Below are positions 30,135-41,045 of a stretch of DNA of 64,000 nt, one piece after another. The stretch is from Macrostomum lignano (taxonomy: Eukaryota), in the NCBI GenBank assembly GCA_002269645.1, contig NIVC01001143.1, forward strand, positions 62,001-126,000, in the 5' to 3' direction. Each line of letters starts with the position of its first letter. Within the stretch, counting starts at the first letter, position 1. Under the pieces are notes generated by a model. It saw only the letters and a program-made list of their open reading frames with translations, was not told the DNA's origin and ran no database searches. Both the position numbers and the translations under genes were made by a program.

Positions 30135-30357
30135 CTAATAATAATAAATAATAATTGATTACATCTACTCTAATGGGCAGATGTGCAGCCGACATCTCAG
30201 CCGCAGCTATTGCGCGGCGCATCTGAAGGCTGCGTTCAGTCCAAGGACTGGGGGGTCGCCACACACACCCTCAATTACCCCAGCTAATGCTGGCACCCAT
30301 TTTACAGCAGGGTGAACTGAAGCAATGTAGGGTTAAGTGTCTTGCTCAAGGACACAA
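30135..30357 (-). mobile_element. 5'-truncated CORE-SINE (MIR-like core) with (TTA)n tail
   Basis: Minus strand TTGTGTCCTTGAGCAAGACACTTAACCC..CTTCAGTT..CTGTAAAATGGG matches the recalled MIR/CORE consensus (GTGACCTTGGGCAAGTCACTTAACC..CTCAGTTT..CTGTAAAATGGG). Confidence 0.75.
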
Positions 30358-30386
30358 ATTGTTTTTTTGTGCTACAACCCCCCCCC

Positions 30387-30946
30387 TAGGCTACAGCCCC
30401 TCCACTAGGCTACAGCCCCTCCACTAGGCTACAGCCCCTCCACTAGGCTACAGCCCCTCCACTAGGCTACAGCCCCTCCACTAGGCTACAGCCCCTCCAC
30501 TAGGCTACAGCCCCTCCACTAGGCTACAGCCCCTCCACTAGGCTACAGCCCCTCCACTAGGCTACAGCCCCTCCACTAGGCTACAGCCCCTACACTAGGC
30601 TACAGCCCCTACACTAGGCTACAGCCCCTCCACTAGGCTACAGCCCCTCCCCTAGGCTACAGCCCCTCCACTAGGCTACAGCCCCTCCCCTAGGCTACAG
30701 CCCCTCCACTAGGCTACAGCCCCTCCCCTAGGCTACAGCTCCTCCACTAGGCTACAGCCCCTCCACTAGGCTACAGCCCCTCCACTAGGCTACAGCCCCT
30801 CCACTAGGCTACAGCCCCTCCCCTAGGCTACAGCCCCTCCCCTAGGCTACAGCTCCTCCACTAGGCTACAGCCCCTCCACTAGGCTACAGCCCCTCCACT
30901 AGGCTACAGCTCCTCCACTAGGCTACAGCCCCTCCACTAGGCTACA
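30387..30946. repeat. 19-bp minisatellite CTAGGCTACAGCCCCTCCA
   Basis: About 29 copies. Confidence 0.95.
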
Positions 30947-31879
30947 GGGGAGGCAACCATGAGCGCTGACAACTGCGAGCGGGTCTGCATAGAGCAGCTT
31001 CGATTCCCAAACTTCAACTGCAGCTGCCGCAGCTGCCGCAGTGGCCGCTTGTTGTCTCTTCGTGCTGACCTTGACGAGCCAGGTCTGACTGCTCTCGGAG
31101 ATGAAGACAAGTCTTTTCTGCCATTCAAACTCTGCAGCGATATCCCGATTGTTTAATGTGCGCTTGTAAATCGTAACTGACTTCGATTTTTTAAATTACA
31201 GAATGCGTAGTTCTGAGCCACTAACCAAAGAATCGAGTAATGATAAGCAGACAAGCGCCTTACTAGCTGCTACTGACAGTAGTGACAGTACCATGCAGTG
31301 TTTAACCATTTGGAAGCCAAAGGCCTGCACTGCAGGCCATACCGAAATTGAAAAATGTCTATGGCATCAAAAATCATCTCCCAATCACTAAAGCAAGTGC
31401 CCAGTATGGCTGCTGTGCAGGCCATGACTGATTTAAAGACGTTCATTATGCATTTCCATTGTGTTTTCACTCAAATGGGAAATGTTAAAGGGGAAAAAAA
31501 GCGTGGATGAATTAGCATGGATCTGGACAGAGACCAGGATTTCCGGGACATTGGCTGCAGCAAAATACTGTCTTCTTAGCTGTAACGTCAGGTTTCAAAT
31601 TCGGAATCGTTTGCTTGGGCGAGTCTGGCCTTCTGTTGCTGGGAGTCGTCCGTGTATTTGTGGTATCCTTCGCCCAGCACTTCGCGGCTAAGCTCAACAA
31701 CAACTCTCGCTCTCTTCCTCGCCATTTTCTGCACTCTCCTGCTGGAACTCCCTGACTGCCAACCACATTCGCTCATTGGTCCATGTGACAAGACTGTGGT
31801 GAGAAACTCTTCAGTCAGGAAGATTGATAAAAAACTCAAAAACCGTCGAGTCTTAGCAGGCAGTAAACTTAGCAGGCAA

Positions 31880-32294
31880 CTCAACAAAAAGCGTAGCAGT
31901 TAGGGAATTCCTGACTGTTGTCAAGGAAGCTTGCCGTGAGCAGGTCAACGCTGTCGCGGGAGAATCTGAACAGCCGCTGGTACTCGCAATCTCGAAGGAC
32001 ATCAGACGAAAGCCTTTCAAGGTAGAGCTTGCGCCTTGCAGGAGCGATTTCAGGCATAAATTCCGCCATTCAACTGCAGTTGCTTGCCAGTTGAGTCAGC
32101 TAGGTAGCTGTCTCAACATTTTGTGAGCAATTGCTCCGATCTTTTGTCTATGGCCATGTTTTTATTCTTACTGACTGGAGTAATTGCTCTGCAGCTGAGA
32201 ATTTTCTCATGAGTCGGAGCAAATGCTCAACTTATTCTTATTGACCTGAGCATTTGCTTGAGTTTGAGCATTTGCTCAGTTTATTCATACGGCC
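31880..32294 (-). mobile_element. Possible PIF/Harbinger transposase relic
   Basis: Peptide RRKLYLERLSSDVLRDCEYQRLFRFSRDSVDLLTASFL resembles Harbinger/HARBI1 N-termini; terminus GGCCGTATGAATAA at 32294 with GAGCATTTGCT subterminal repeats; no DDE core or second TIR found. Confidence 0.4.
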
Positions 32295-32437
32295 TATTGC
32301 TTGATAAAGAGTCTTTCGAATCGGAATCGAGTCCCAGTGTACGCAAGGCGTTACTTTTAGCTGTCCTATTCGGCAGCGTAAAAGCCATTTGTGGGTAGGA
32401 AGGTTTGAACAGGAGCTAGCTGAAAAACTCTGTGATA

Positions 32438-32859
32438 TATAGTATTTGTCATGCTATCTCAGCCTAGAGACATCCAAACTCAGCCAGCCCATCTCAACAG
32501 TGCGATTTTTTACGTAAGCCAGTCAAGTTTTACCATAGACATGCTTCTTAAGGCCATGCTATCTCAGCCTGGGACATGCAATCTCAGCCACTTTTCAGAT
32601 TCTTACTGACTTTTCTTGCTGCGTTCATTCATTGCTGTTTGTTGCCATTTCATGTCACGTTACAGAAATGATAGCATTGAGATCTGTTTGCAATTGAAAT
32701 CTATATTGGCTGAGATTGCATGTCCCAGGCTGAGATAGCATGGCCTTAAGAAGCATGTCTATGGTAAAACTCGACTAGCTCGAGCCAAAAAACGCATTGC
32801 GGAATGGGGCTGGCTGAGTTTGGATGTCCCTAGGCTGAGATAGCATGACAAAAGCTATA
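32438..32859. mobile_element. Foldback/MITE-like long inverted repeat, about 420 bp
   Basis: Arms 32445-32590 and 32707-32852 are reverse complements (inner half near-identical) around a 116-bp spacer; outer TATAG/CTATA. Confidence 0.85.
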
Positions 32860-33101
32860 CTTTACTTCTGGGCTTTTAGGGTGTGCACTCGATTCAGCAA
32901 AAAAGACAAATTTGTCTATGGACTGCTCTGCAGGCCTTTGGGCTTTTAAGCCATCTTACAGAACCAATTAGCTTGGGCGCGAAGTGGTTAATGCTTTTTT
33001 ACAATTGACAACGAAACTATTCACATTGGGCACTTTGTTCCAATATTTTTTGTAAAGCAAGTTAATTTTCACTGTTTTAAGTTCTTCCACTTATGGTGAT
33101 C

Positions 33102-33529
33102 AGCACACACCGGTCATGAGCACACACCGGTCATGAGCACACACCGGTCATGAGCACACACCGGTCATGAGCACACACCGGTCATGAGCACACACCGGTC
33201 ATGAGCACACACCGGTCATGAGCACACACCGGTCATGAGCACACACTGGTCATGACCACACACTGGTCATGAGCACACACCGGTCATGAGCACACACTGG
33301 TCATGAGCACACACCGGTCATGAGCACACACCGGTCATGAGCACACACTGGTCATGAGCACACACCGGTCATGAGCACACACCGGTCATGAGCACACACT
33401 GGTCATGAGCACACACTGGTCATGAGCACACACCGGTCATGAGCACACACCGGTCATGAGCACACACTGGTCATGAGCACACACCGGTCATGAGCATACA
33501 CTGGTCATGAGCACACACCGGTCATGAGC
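33102..33529. repeat. 17-bp minisatellite (minus: CTCATGACCG|GTGTGTG) copying an exon end plus donor
   Basis: About 25 copies, continuous with unique upstream sequence GAGCGTCTG-CTCATGACCG|GT. Confidence 0.95.
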
Positions 33530-33772
33530 AGACGCTCTGGCTCAGAGCAGTCAAGAGGCCAGGCTTTCAAACCAAAATAATGGAAAAGGCAGAAGAGGTG
33601 ACATTTTGAGCACAATGAAAATCTAATTTCTAGAAAAATTAAAAAGTTGTTTGAATTTATTTGTAAAAACACCTGTCTGCTAATGGCGCTGGGAAACAGA
33701 AACCTCTCGAGCATCACTTCAGCAACATGGCCAGCCGCAAGCACAGGCTAAATACCCTTAATCACTTGCTCA

Positions 33773-34610
33773 ACTCCTTAAATCTCACCCTTAGATCAAC
33801 TAGCTTAACTCCTTAAATCTCACCCCTAGTTCACTAGCTTAACTCCATAAATCTCACCCCTAGTTCACTAGCTTAACTCCTTAAATCTCACCTCTAGTTC
33901 ACTAGCTTATCTCCTTAAATCTCACCGCTAGATCACTAGCTTATCTCCTTAAATCTCACCGCTAGATCACTAGCTTATCTCCTTAAATCTCACCGCTAGA
34001 TCAACTAGCTTATCTCCTTAAATCTCACCGCTAGATCACTAGCTTATCTCCTTAAATCTCACCGCTAGATCAACTAGCTTATCTCCTTAAATCTCACCGC
34101 TAGATCACTAGCTTATCTCCTTAAATCTCACCGCTAGATCAACTAGCTTATCTCCTTAAATCTCACCGCTAGATCACTAGCTTATCTCCTTAAATCTCAC
34201 CCCTAGTTCACTAGCTTAACTCCTTAAATCTCACCTCTAGTTCACTAGCTTATCTCCTTAAGTCTCACCGCTAGATCACTAGCTTATCTCCTTAAATCTC
34301 ACCGCTAGATCACTAGCTCAACTCCTTAAATCTCACCGCTAGATCACTAGCTCAACTCCTTAAATCTCACCGCTAGATCACTAGCTCAACTCCTTAAATC
34401 TCACCGCTAGATCACTAGCTCAACTCCTTAAATCTCACCGCTAGATCACTAGCTCAACTCCTTAAATCTCACCGCTAGATCACTAGCTCAACTCCTTAAA
34501 TCTCACCGCTAGATCACTAGCTCAACTCCTTAAATCTCACCGCTAGATCACTAGCTCAACTCCTTAAATCTCACCGCTAGATCACTAGCTCAACTCCTTA
34601 AATCTCACCC
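33773..34610. repeat. 34-bp minisatellite CTCCTTAAATCTCACCGCTAGATCACTAGCT(TA/CA)
   Basis: About 25 copies; on the minus strand the array starts exactly at G|GTGAGA. Confidence 0.95.
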
Positions 34611-34727
34611 CTGCATGCAGAGCAGTAGCCTATATCCGTACACCCCACGAAATCGATCAGCTGCTGAAGGTCCAATGCAGGATCAGTCGCAGCTTCAGCA
34701 ACGGTCCATGGCCACCAATCCAGGTCT

Positions 34728-37700
34728 CTAGAAGTGCCTGGACAGCGACTGCAGCTGCTGCTCCACGAACTCCGGCGCGAATTCCGCCAGCAGCACCACC
34801 GGCCGGATGGTCCAAGGACTCGCCAGCTCGCGCAGCCGGCCCACCGGGATGGCGGCGATGTCCGTGGCGGTGTCGGCGGGCGACGCCAGCGGAATGCTCA
34901 CCTTGTAGTACTTCCTGCATTGAGGACACGTGGCACATGTCGCTGAGCTGAGAAGTACAGACAGCACCCATCTAGAGATCCTGGCACCCATCTGAGATCC
35001 TGGCACCCATCTAGAGATCCTGGCACCCATCTAGAGATCCTGGCACCCATCTAGAGATCCTGGCACCCATCTAGAGATCCTGGCACCCATCTAGAGATCC
35101 TGGCAGCCATCTAGAAATCCTGGCACCCATCTAGAGATCCTGGCACCCATCTAGAGATCCTGGCACCCATCTAGAGATCCTGGCACCCATCTAGAAATCC
35201 TGGCACCCATCTAGAGATCCTGGCACCCATCTAGAGATCCTGGCACCCATCTAGAGATCCTGGCACCCATCTAGAGATCCTGGCAGCCATCTAAAGACTC
35301 TGGCACCCATCTAGAGATCCTGGCACCCATCTAGAGATCCTGGCACCCATCTAGAGATCCTGGCACCCATCTAGAGATCCTGGCAGCCATCTAAAGACTC
35401 TGGCACCCATCTAGAGATCCTGGCACCCATCTAGAGATCCTGGCAGCCATCTAAAGACTCTGGCACCCATCTAGAGATCCTGGCAGCCATCTAAAGACTC
35501 TGGCACCCATCTAAAGACTCTGGCACCCATCTAAAGACTCTGGCACCCATCTAAAGACTCTGGCACCCATCTAAAGACTCTGGCACCCATCTAAAGACTC
35601 TGGCACCCATCTAAAGACTCTGGCACCCATCTAAAGACTCTGGCACCCATCTAAAGACTCTGGCACCCATCTAAAGACTCTGGCACCCATCTAGAGATCC
35701 TGACAGCCATCTAAGGATCCTGGGACCCATCTAAGGACCCTGACACCCATATCAAGAGACCTATCTAGAGAGCCTATCTAGAGACCCTGACACTCATCTA
35801 GAGATCCTGTCACTCATCTAGATATTCTGAAATCCATCTAAGGACCCTGGCATAAATGTACCAAGAAATCCCTAGATATATATTGTAGTGATCCGCTAGT
35901 TGATGTTAGGCGTCCCACTTTGTCAGCAGTCTCCCTCGCCCTCGCCCTGGGTTGCTGTCTGCCGCTGGTCAGCTTCCCGCCCCCTTGGCCCGTCTGTTGC
36001 TGCCCTTGGCCTGTTCTGCCCTTCGGCGTCTCTGTTCTCAGCCCTTAGCTTCTCTGCTGTGGGCTGTCTCTGTTTCGTTCCCGTCCCGTTTTCCCCTGTC
36101 ATGTGAGCAAGTCACATGACAGACTCTGCGTTCTTCGAGTCCTAAAGTGCAGTAAACATGTTTACTGCACTCGCTGGTCCTGTTTACCGGGAGAATCACG
36201 TGCTTTCGGACCCCTCCCTTCTCTAAGGAGAGGAGTGACTCATGTTGCTAAAAATAGCAACTGAGTCACAGCCGCGTGTACTCTGGCCGGAGACCTCAAG
36301 TGACGTCAGTTCTAAAAATAGAACAAGTCACGAGGTCTTGTGCGTGGGTGTTTCCCGGCTATAAATAGGACCCCTCTCCCCTTGTTTCCGTCAAGGATTT
36401 TGGCTTCTTATCTGCGGAGAATTCACTAAGAACCCGTGTGCGTCAGTGTCTAACTAAGTGCCCTTTGCGTACTGAATCCGTTTGTACTGGTCTGACTGAG
36501 ACCCCACTAAAGCCCAAGCCTAAGGGAGGCTAACACTGCCTTCCCAGCCACCCCTGAGCCCGGCGGGGATCTGCTGATCAGGACGCCTTGTTAATTAATC
36601 TGCAAATCTGCACGCTGTGCTGAGTTCGTTGACTTGTTTATTTCGTTCCGACGGGAAGCTCACCTCATCGAAGGCCGAGACCTGAAGGAACTGGTGGCAG
36701 CACTACCTACGCTACTGAGAGTTGAGAGAACTTCCCACTGAAGAGGCTCGAGTCTAAAGGTAATCCGCAAGGGCCTAAACCGGGAAGAAACCCCACTGTA
36801 CAACACTGGTGGCAGCGGTGGGATTCAAAGACCTACCAGGCCACCCCGAGAAAAACCATTCTATTTCAATATCTGGGACAGATCTCGAGGCGTATCTAGA
36901 GATCCCGAACCATATCGAGAAAAATGGCAATGTAAAGATCATTGAACCAATATAGAGATTTTCAAACTCATTTAGAGACCTATTTGCCTACCCTGAGATT
37001 CCTCTAAACATCTAGAGAACTGAAAAAAACTTTTAGAGATCTTCTTACACATTTAGAGATCCTTTCCCCATCTAGAGATCCTTTCCCCCATCTAGAGATC
37101 CTTTCCCCATCTAGAGATCCTTTCCCCATCTAGAGATCCTTTCCCCCATCTAGAGATCCTTTCCCCCATCTAGAGATCCTTTCCCCATCTAGAGATCCTT
37201 TCACACATCCAGAGACCCAGCCAAATAAGCACAGAGCAGGAAATTTATCCCAAGGCCCAACTCACGGCAACACGCGGCGCGCGCTCTCGGTGCCGATGCT
37301 GCCGATGAGGGCCAGACCGGCGTGCACGGCCGACCCGTTCAGCGCCAGCTCCTGGCGCAGCGCCGAAAAGAAGCCGCCGAGGGCGCGCTTGGAGGCGCAG
37401 TACTCGTAGCAGTAGGGGATGGGCAGGCGGGCGGCGGCAGAGGAGATCAGCACGAGGCTGCCGGCCGACTTCTCCAGGTGCGGCAGGGCGGCCCGGGCGG
37501 CCTCAGCGTAGCTGAAGTAGTTCGTCTGCATGGCGGCCCGCTGCCCCTGCGCAGAGTCCGGGGCGGCCCGGGCCACAGTGGCGAACTCGGACGGGCTGAT
37601 GTGGTTCACCACCGCAATGTCCAGGCCGCCCATCGCTGCGGCCGCGGCGGCCACCAGACGGGCGGCCTCGCCGGGCTTGGACAGGTCGGCCGCGATCGGG

Positions 37701-38333
37701 TGCACGCTGGCCGCGCCCCGCCTGCGGCACTCGGCGACCACCTGCGATGGGGGGACGAGTGACGGGATGGGGAATGAGTGACGGGATGGGAAATGAGTGA
37801 CGGGATGGGGAATGAGTGACGGGATGGGGGAATGAGTGACGGGATGGGGAATGAGTGACGGGATGGGGAATGAGTGACGGGATGGGGAATGAGTGACGGG
37901 ATGGGGAATGAGTGACGGGATGGGGAATGAGTGACGGGATGGGGAATGAGTGACGGGATGGGGAATGAGTGACGGGATGGGGAATGAGTGACGGGATGGG
38001 GAATGAGTGACGGGATGGGGAATGAGTGACGGGATGGGGAAATGAGTGACGGGATGGGGAAAAGCGCAGTGAATCAGCCGGCAGCACCTCCTGCAGTGAG
38101 TTGAGGCTCCTGGCATGGACGGTGACGTGAGCTCCCACTTCGGCGTACACGTGCGCCAGCGCCTCGCCGATGCCGCGGCTGGAGCCGGTGACCAGCACCC
38201 GCTTGCCGGCCGAGTTCTCTCGGCTGGCCCGGTGCCACCTGCCGGCCACCAGGTCGAACAGGAGGCTGCGGGCGAGGCCGAACGCCAGCAGGCAGAGCGG
38301 CAGGCCCAGCACGGCTTTGGCCAGCAAATTCAT
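34728..38333 (-). CDS. Short-chain dehydrogenase/reductase, 11-beta-hydroxysteroid dehydrogenase 1-like, about 302 aa; exons 38333-38088, 37741-37266, 34914-34728
   Basis: N-terminal membrane anchor, VLVTGSSRGIG (TGxxxGxG), LDIAVVNH, LISSAA, YCASK (YxxxK), IGSIGTESA, C-terminal ASPADTATDI; phases consistent. Confidence 0.88.
34965..35750. repeat. 20-bp satellite GGCACCCATCTAGAGATCCT; a related block lies at 37060-37200 beyond the LTR
   Basis: About 38 copies, with a variant switch to CTAAAGACT. Confidence 0.95.
35884..36826 (+). mobile_element. LTR (about 0.9 kb) plus tRNA-Leu primer-binding site; truncated Gypsy-like retrotransposon, antisense in SDR intron 2
   Basis: Ends ..TGTACAACA (36805), then TGGTGGCAGCGGTGGGATT (36807-36825), the exact complement of the 3' end of tRNA-Leu (AATCCCACCGCTGCCACCA); TATAAATA at 36360; left end is TGT at 35884 or 35904; no gag/pol follows. 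Confidence 0.8.
36197..36367 (+). promoter_or_regulatory. LTR U3 motif cluster: E-box, 2x AP-1, CRE, 2x MEF2, TATA
   Basis: CACGTG 36197, TGACTCA 36236, CTAAAAATAG 36248, TGAGTCA 36262, TGACGTCA 36301, CTAAAAATAG 36312, TATAAATA 36360. Motif matches only; no functional data. Confidence 0.55.
37757..38060. repeat. 19-bp minisatellite GGGGAATGAGTGACGGGAT (SDR intron 1)
   Basis: About 16 copies. Confidence 0.95.
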
Positions 38334-38454
38334 CGCTTCTAGCGGGGTACGGAAAGTGAGCGGTTTCTAAGAAAATAGGAATTTAAATTAAACCATTTCG
38401 TATAAAACCGTTTCTAAACACAACGGCTTCAAAGCGAAGAAACGCTGCTGAACA

Positions 38455-39490
38455 TGCTTTTAGGATCTTTCTAAGAAACTATTCAATATTGTTTTCAAAA
38501 TCATTCTAAAAAACTATTTAATGTTATGCTTTTAGGATCTTTTTAAGAAACTATTCAATATTATGCTTTTAGGATCTTTCTAAGAAATTATTTAATATTG
38601 TTTTTAAAATCTTTCTAAGAAACTATTCAATATTATGCTTTTAGGATCTTTCTAAAAAAACTATTCAATATTGCTTTTAAAATCTTTCTAAGAAACTATT
38701 CAGTATTATGCTTTTAGGATCTTTCTAAAAAACTATTCAATATTGTTTTTAAAATCTTTCTAAGAAACTATTCAATATTATGCTTTTAGGATCTTTCTAA
38801 AAAACTATTCAATATTGTTTTTAAAATCTTTCTAAGAAACTATTCAGTATTATGCTTTTAGGATCTTTCTAAGAAGCGATTTAATATTATGCTTTTAGGA
38901 TCTTTCTAAGAAGCGATTTAATATTATGCTTTTAGGATCTTTCTAAAAAACTATTCAATATTGTTTTTAAAATCTTTCTAAGAAACTATTCAATATCATG
39001 CTTTTAGGATCTTTCTAAGAAACTATTCAATATCATGCTTTTAGGATCTTTCTAAGAAGCGATTTAATATTATGCTTTTAGGATCTTTCTAAGAAACTAT
39101 TCAATATTGTTTTTAAAATCTTTCTAAGAAACTATTCAATATTGTTTTTAAAATCTTTCTAAGAAACTATTCAATATCATGCTTTTAGGATCTTTCTAAG
39201 AAACTATTCAATATCATGCTTTTAGGATCTTTCTAAGAAGCGATTTAATATTATGCTTTTAGGATCTTTCTAAGAAACTATTCAATATTGTTTTTAAAAT
39301 CTTTCTAAGAAACTATTCAATATTGTTTTTAAAATCTTTCTAAGAAACTATTCAATATTATGCTTTTAGGATCTTTCTAAAAAACTATTCAATATTGTTT
39401 TTAAAATCTTTCTAAGAAACTATTCAGTATTATGCTTTTAGGATCTTTCTAAGAAACTATTCAATAATATGCTTTTAGAATATTTTTAAG
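38455..39490. repeat. AT-rich 35-37-bp satellite TTTTAGGATCTTTCTAAGAAACTATTCAATATTATGC upstream of the SDR
   Basis: About 28 copies with alternating variants. Confidence 0.95.
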
Positions 39491-40094
39491 AAACTTTTTC
39501 CCGAGATCTTTTTTAAAGCATAGCAGCATTCAACGATTCCAATGCACTAAATAAAACAAACCCAAATTCAATCAATATTCTGCTCATATATAAAAACTTG
39601 GAAAAATATGAACGAAATAAAAATGTATTTAGTAGAAAAACTTTACCAGTTGAATACGAGCCATAACAGTAAGATACAGTCTTGAGCAGGCTGGGGCAAA
39701 TACACGGACAGCTCAACAGAAGGCAAAGGTGCTACAGGCATATTACAAGGATAAAAGCAGAGGACAGCCCTGGGATCGGAAGGACAGGTACTCTGCTGTA
39801 AGGACGGACAGACAAACTAAAAGCAGAAGACGGAAAGCAAGGCACAAGAAGCGCTGCTACATCACTGAAATTCTGCTGCTATGCAGAGCTACTACTCTTA
39901 GTAAAAAAGAAAAAGCCACTTGGAATGAACTAAAAAACTCAAACTAATAGGCAGCAAATTAACGATAGAGCTGGAGCTACTTGAAGCAAACGGAGGCTAC
40001 CGAAGAATATCACAGATTGACAGAAAATTTTGAAAATAAAACAAAGAGAACAACGTCAAAACCAGCAATCGATTTCAATGTGGCCGTTCGTGTG

Positions 40095-41045
40095 GGAAAG
40101 GGTGTGGGGGAGGGTGTGTGGGAGTGTGTGGGGAAGGCTGTGGAGAAGAGTATGAGGAAGGGTGTAGGAGAAGGGTGTGTGGGAAGGGTGTAAGGAATGG
40201 TATGAACAGGGTGTGGGGGAAGGGTGCGGGGGAAGGGTGTGGGAGAAAGGTGTGGGGTAAGGGTGCGGGGGAAGGGTGTAGGAGAAGGGTGTGGGAGAAG
40301 GATGTGGAAGAAGGGTGTGGGAGAAGGGTGTGGGAGAAGGGTGTGGGAGAAGGGTGTGGGAGAAGGGTGTGGGAGAAGGGTGTGGGAGAAGGGTGTGGGG
40401 TAAGGGTGCGGGGGAAGGGTGTAGGAGAAGGGTGTGGGAGAAGGATGTGGAAGAAGGGTGTGGGAGAAGGGTGTGGGAGAAGGGTGTGGGGGAAGGGTGT
40501 AGGGGAAGGGTGTAAGGAATGGTATGAACAGGCTGTGGAGAAGAGTATGAGGAAGGGTGTAGGAGAAGGGTGTGTGGGAAGGGTGTAAGGAATGGTATGA
40601 ACAGGGTGTGGGGGAAGGGTGCGGGGGAAGGGTGTGGGAGAAAGGTGTGGGGTAAGGGTGCGGGGGAAGGGTGTAGGAGAAGGGTGTGGGAGAAGGATGT
40701 GGAAGAAGGGTGTGGGAGAAGGGTGTGGGAGAAGGGTGTGGGGGAAGGGTGTAGGGGAAGGGTGTAGGGAAGGGTGTGGGGAAGGGTGTGGGGGAAGGGT
40801 GTAGGGGAAGGGTGTAGGGAAGGGTGTGGGGAAGGGTGTGGGGGAAGGGTGTTGGGAAGGGTATGAACAGGGTGTGAGGAAGGGTGTGGGGGAGGGTGTG
40901 GGGGAAGGGTGTGGGGAAGGGTATGAACAGGGTGTGAGGAAGGGTGTGGGGGAGGGTGTGGGGGATGGTGTGGGGGAAGGGTGTGGGGAAGGGTATGAAC
41001 AGGGTGTGGGCAAGGGTATGAACAGGGTGTGGGGAAGTGTGTGGG
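40095..41045 (+). repeat. G-rich GAAGGGTGTGGG(A/G) satellite with G-quadruplex potential
   Basis: Continuous G3 tracts with 3-4-nt loops; duplication of about 395 bp (40136/40531). Confidence 0.9.

Larger units (their letters stand above)
29132..34709 (-). pseudogene. Damaged multi-exon gene, possibly beta-propeller (WD40-like); candidate exons 34709-34609, 33629-33519, 31131-30946, 30041-29858, about 29418-29132
   Basis: Coding-like blocks with compatible phase-1 junctions read ..DLQQLIDFVGCTDIGYCSACR-E-IRFSLCSKCHLFCLFHYFGLKAWPLDCSEPERLLMT-E-FEWQKRLVFISESSQTWLVKV..VEVWESKLLYADPLAVV.., then QGDVLGAALTPSGK*DLHLVDPGQLDVKLLFSLD and RYWFDP..LATDTKAGFTASLGVTLVDLVAGPP. Needs +1 indels near 34705 and 30030-30033, has a TAG at 29983-29981 and a phase mismatch into the last exon. 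Family not identified. Confidence 0.4.

Noticed and set aside
39660-40080. Short basic ORFs between the SDR and MINDY4B
   Set aside because: No recognisable domain or splice support; could be 3'UTR or an old repeat fragment.
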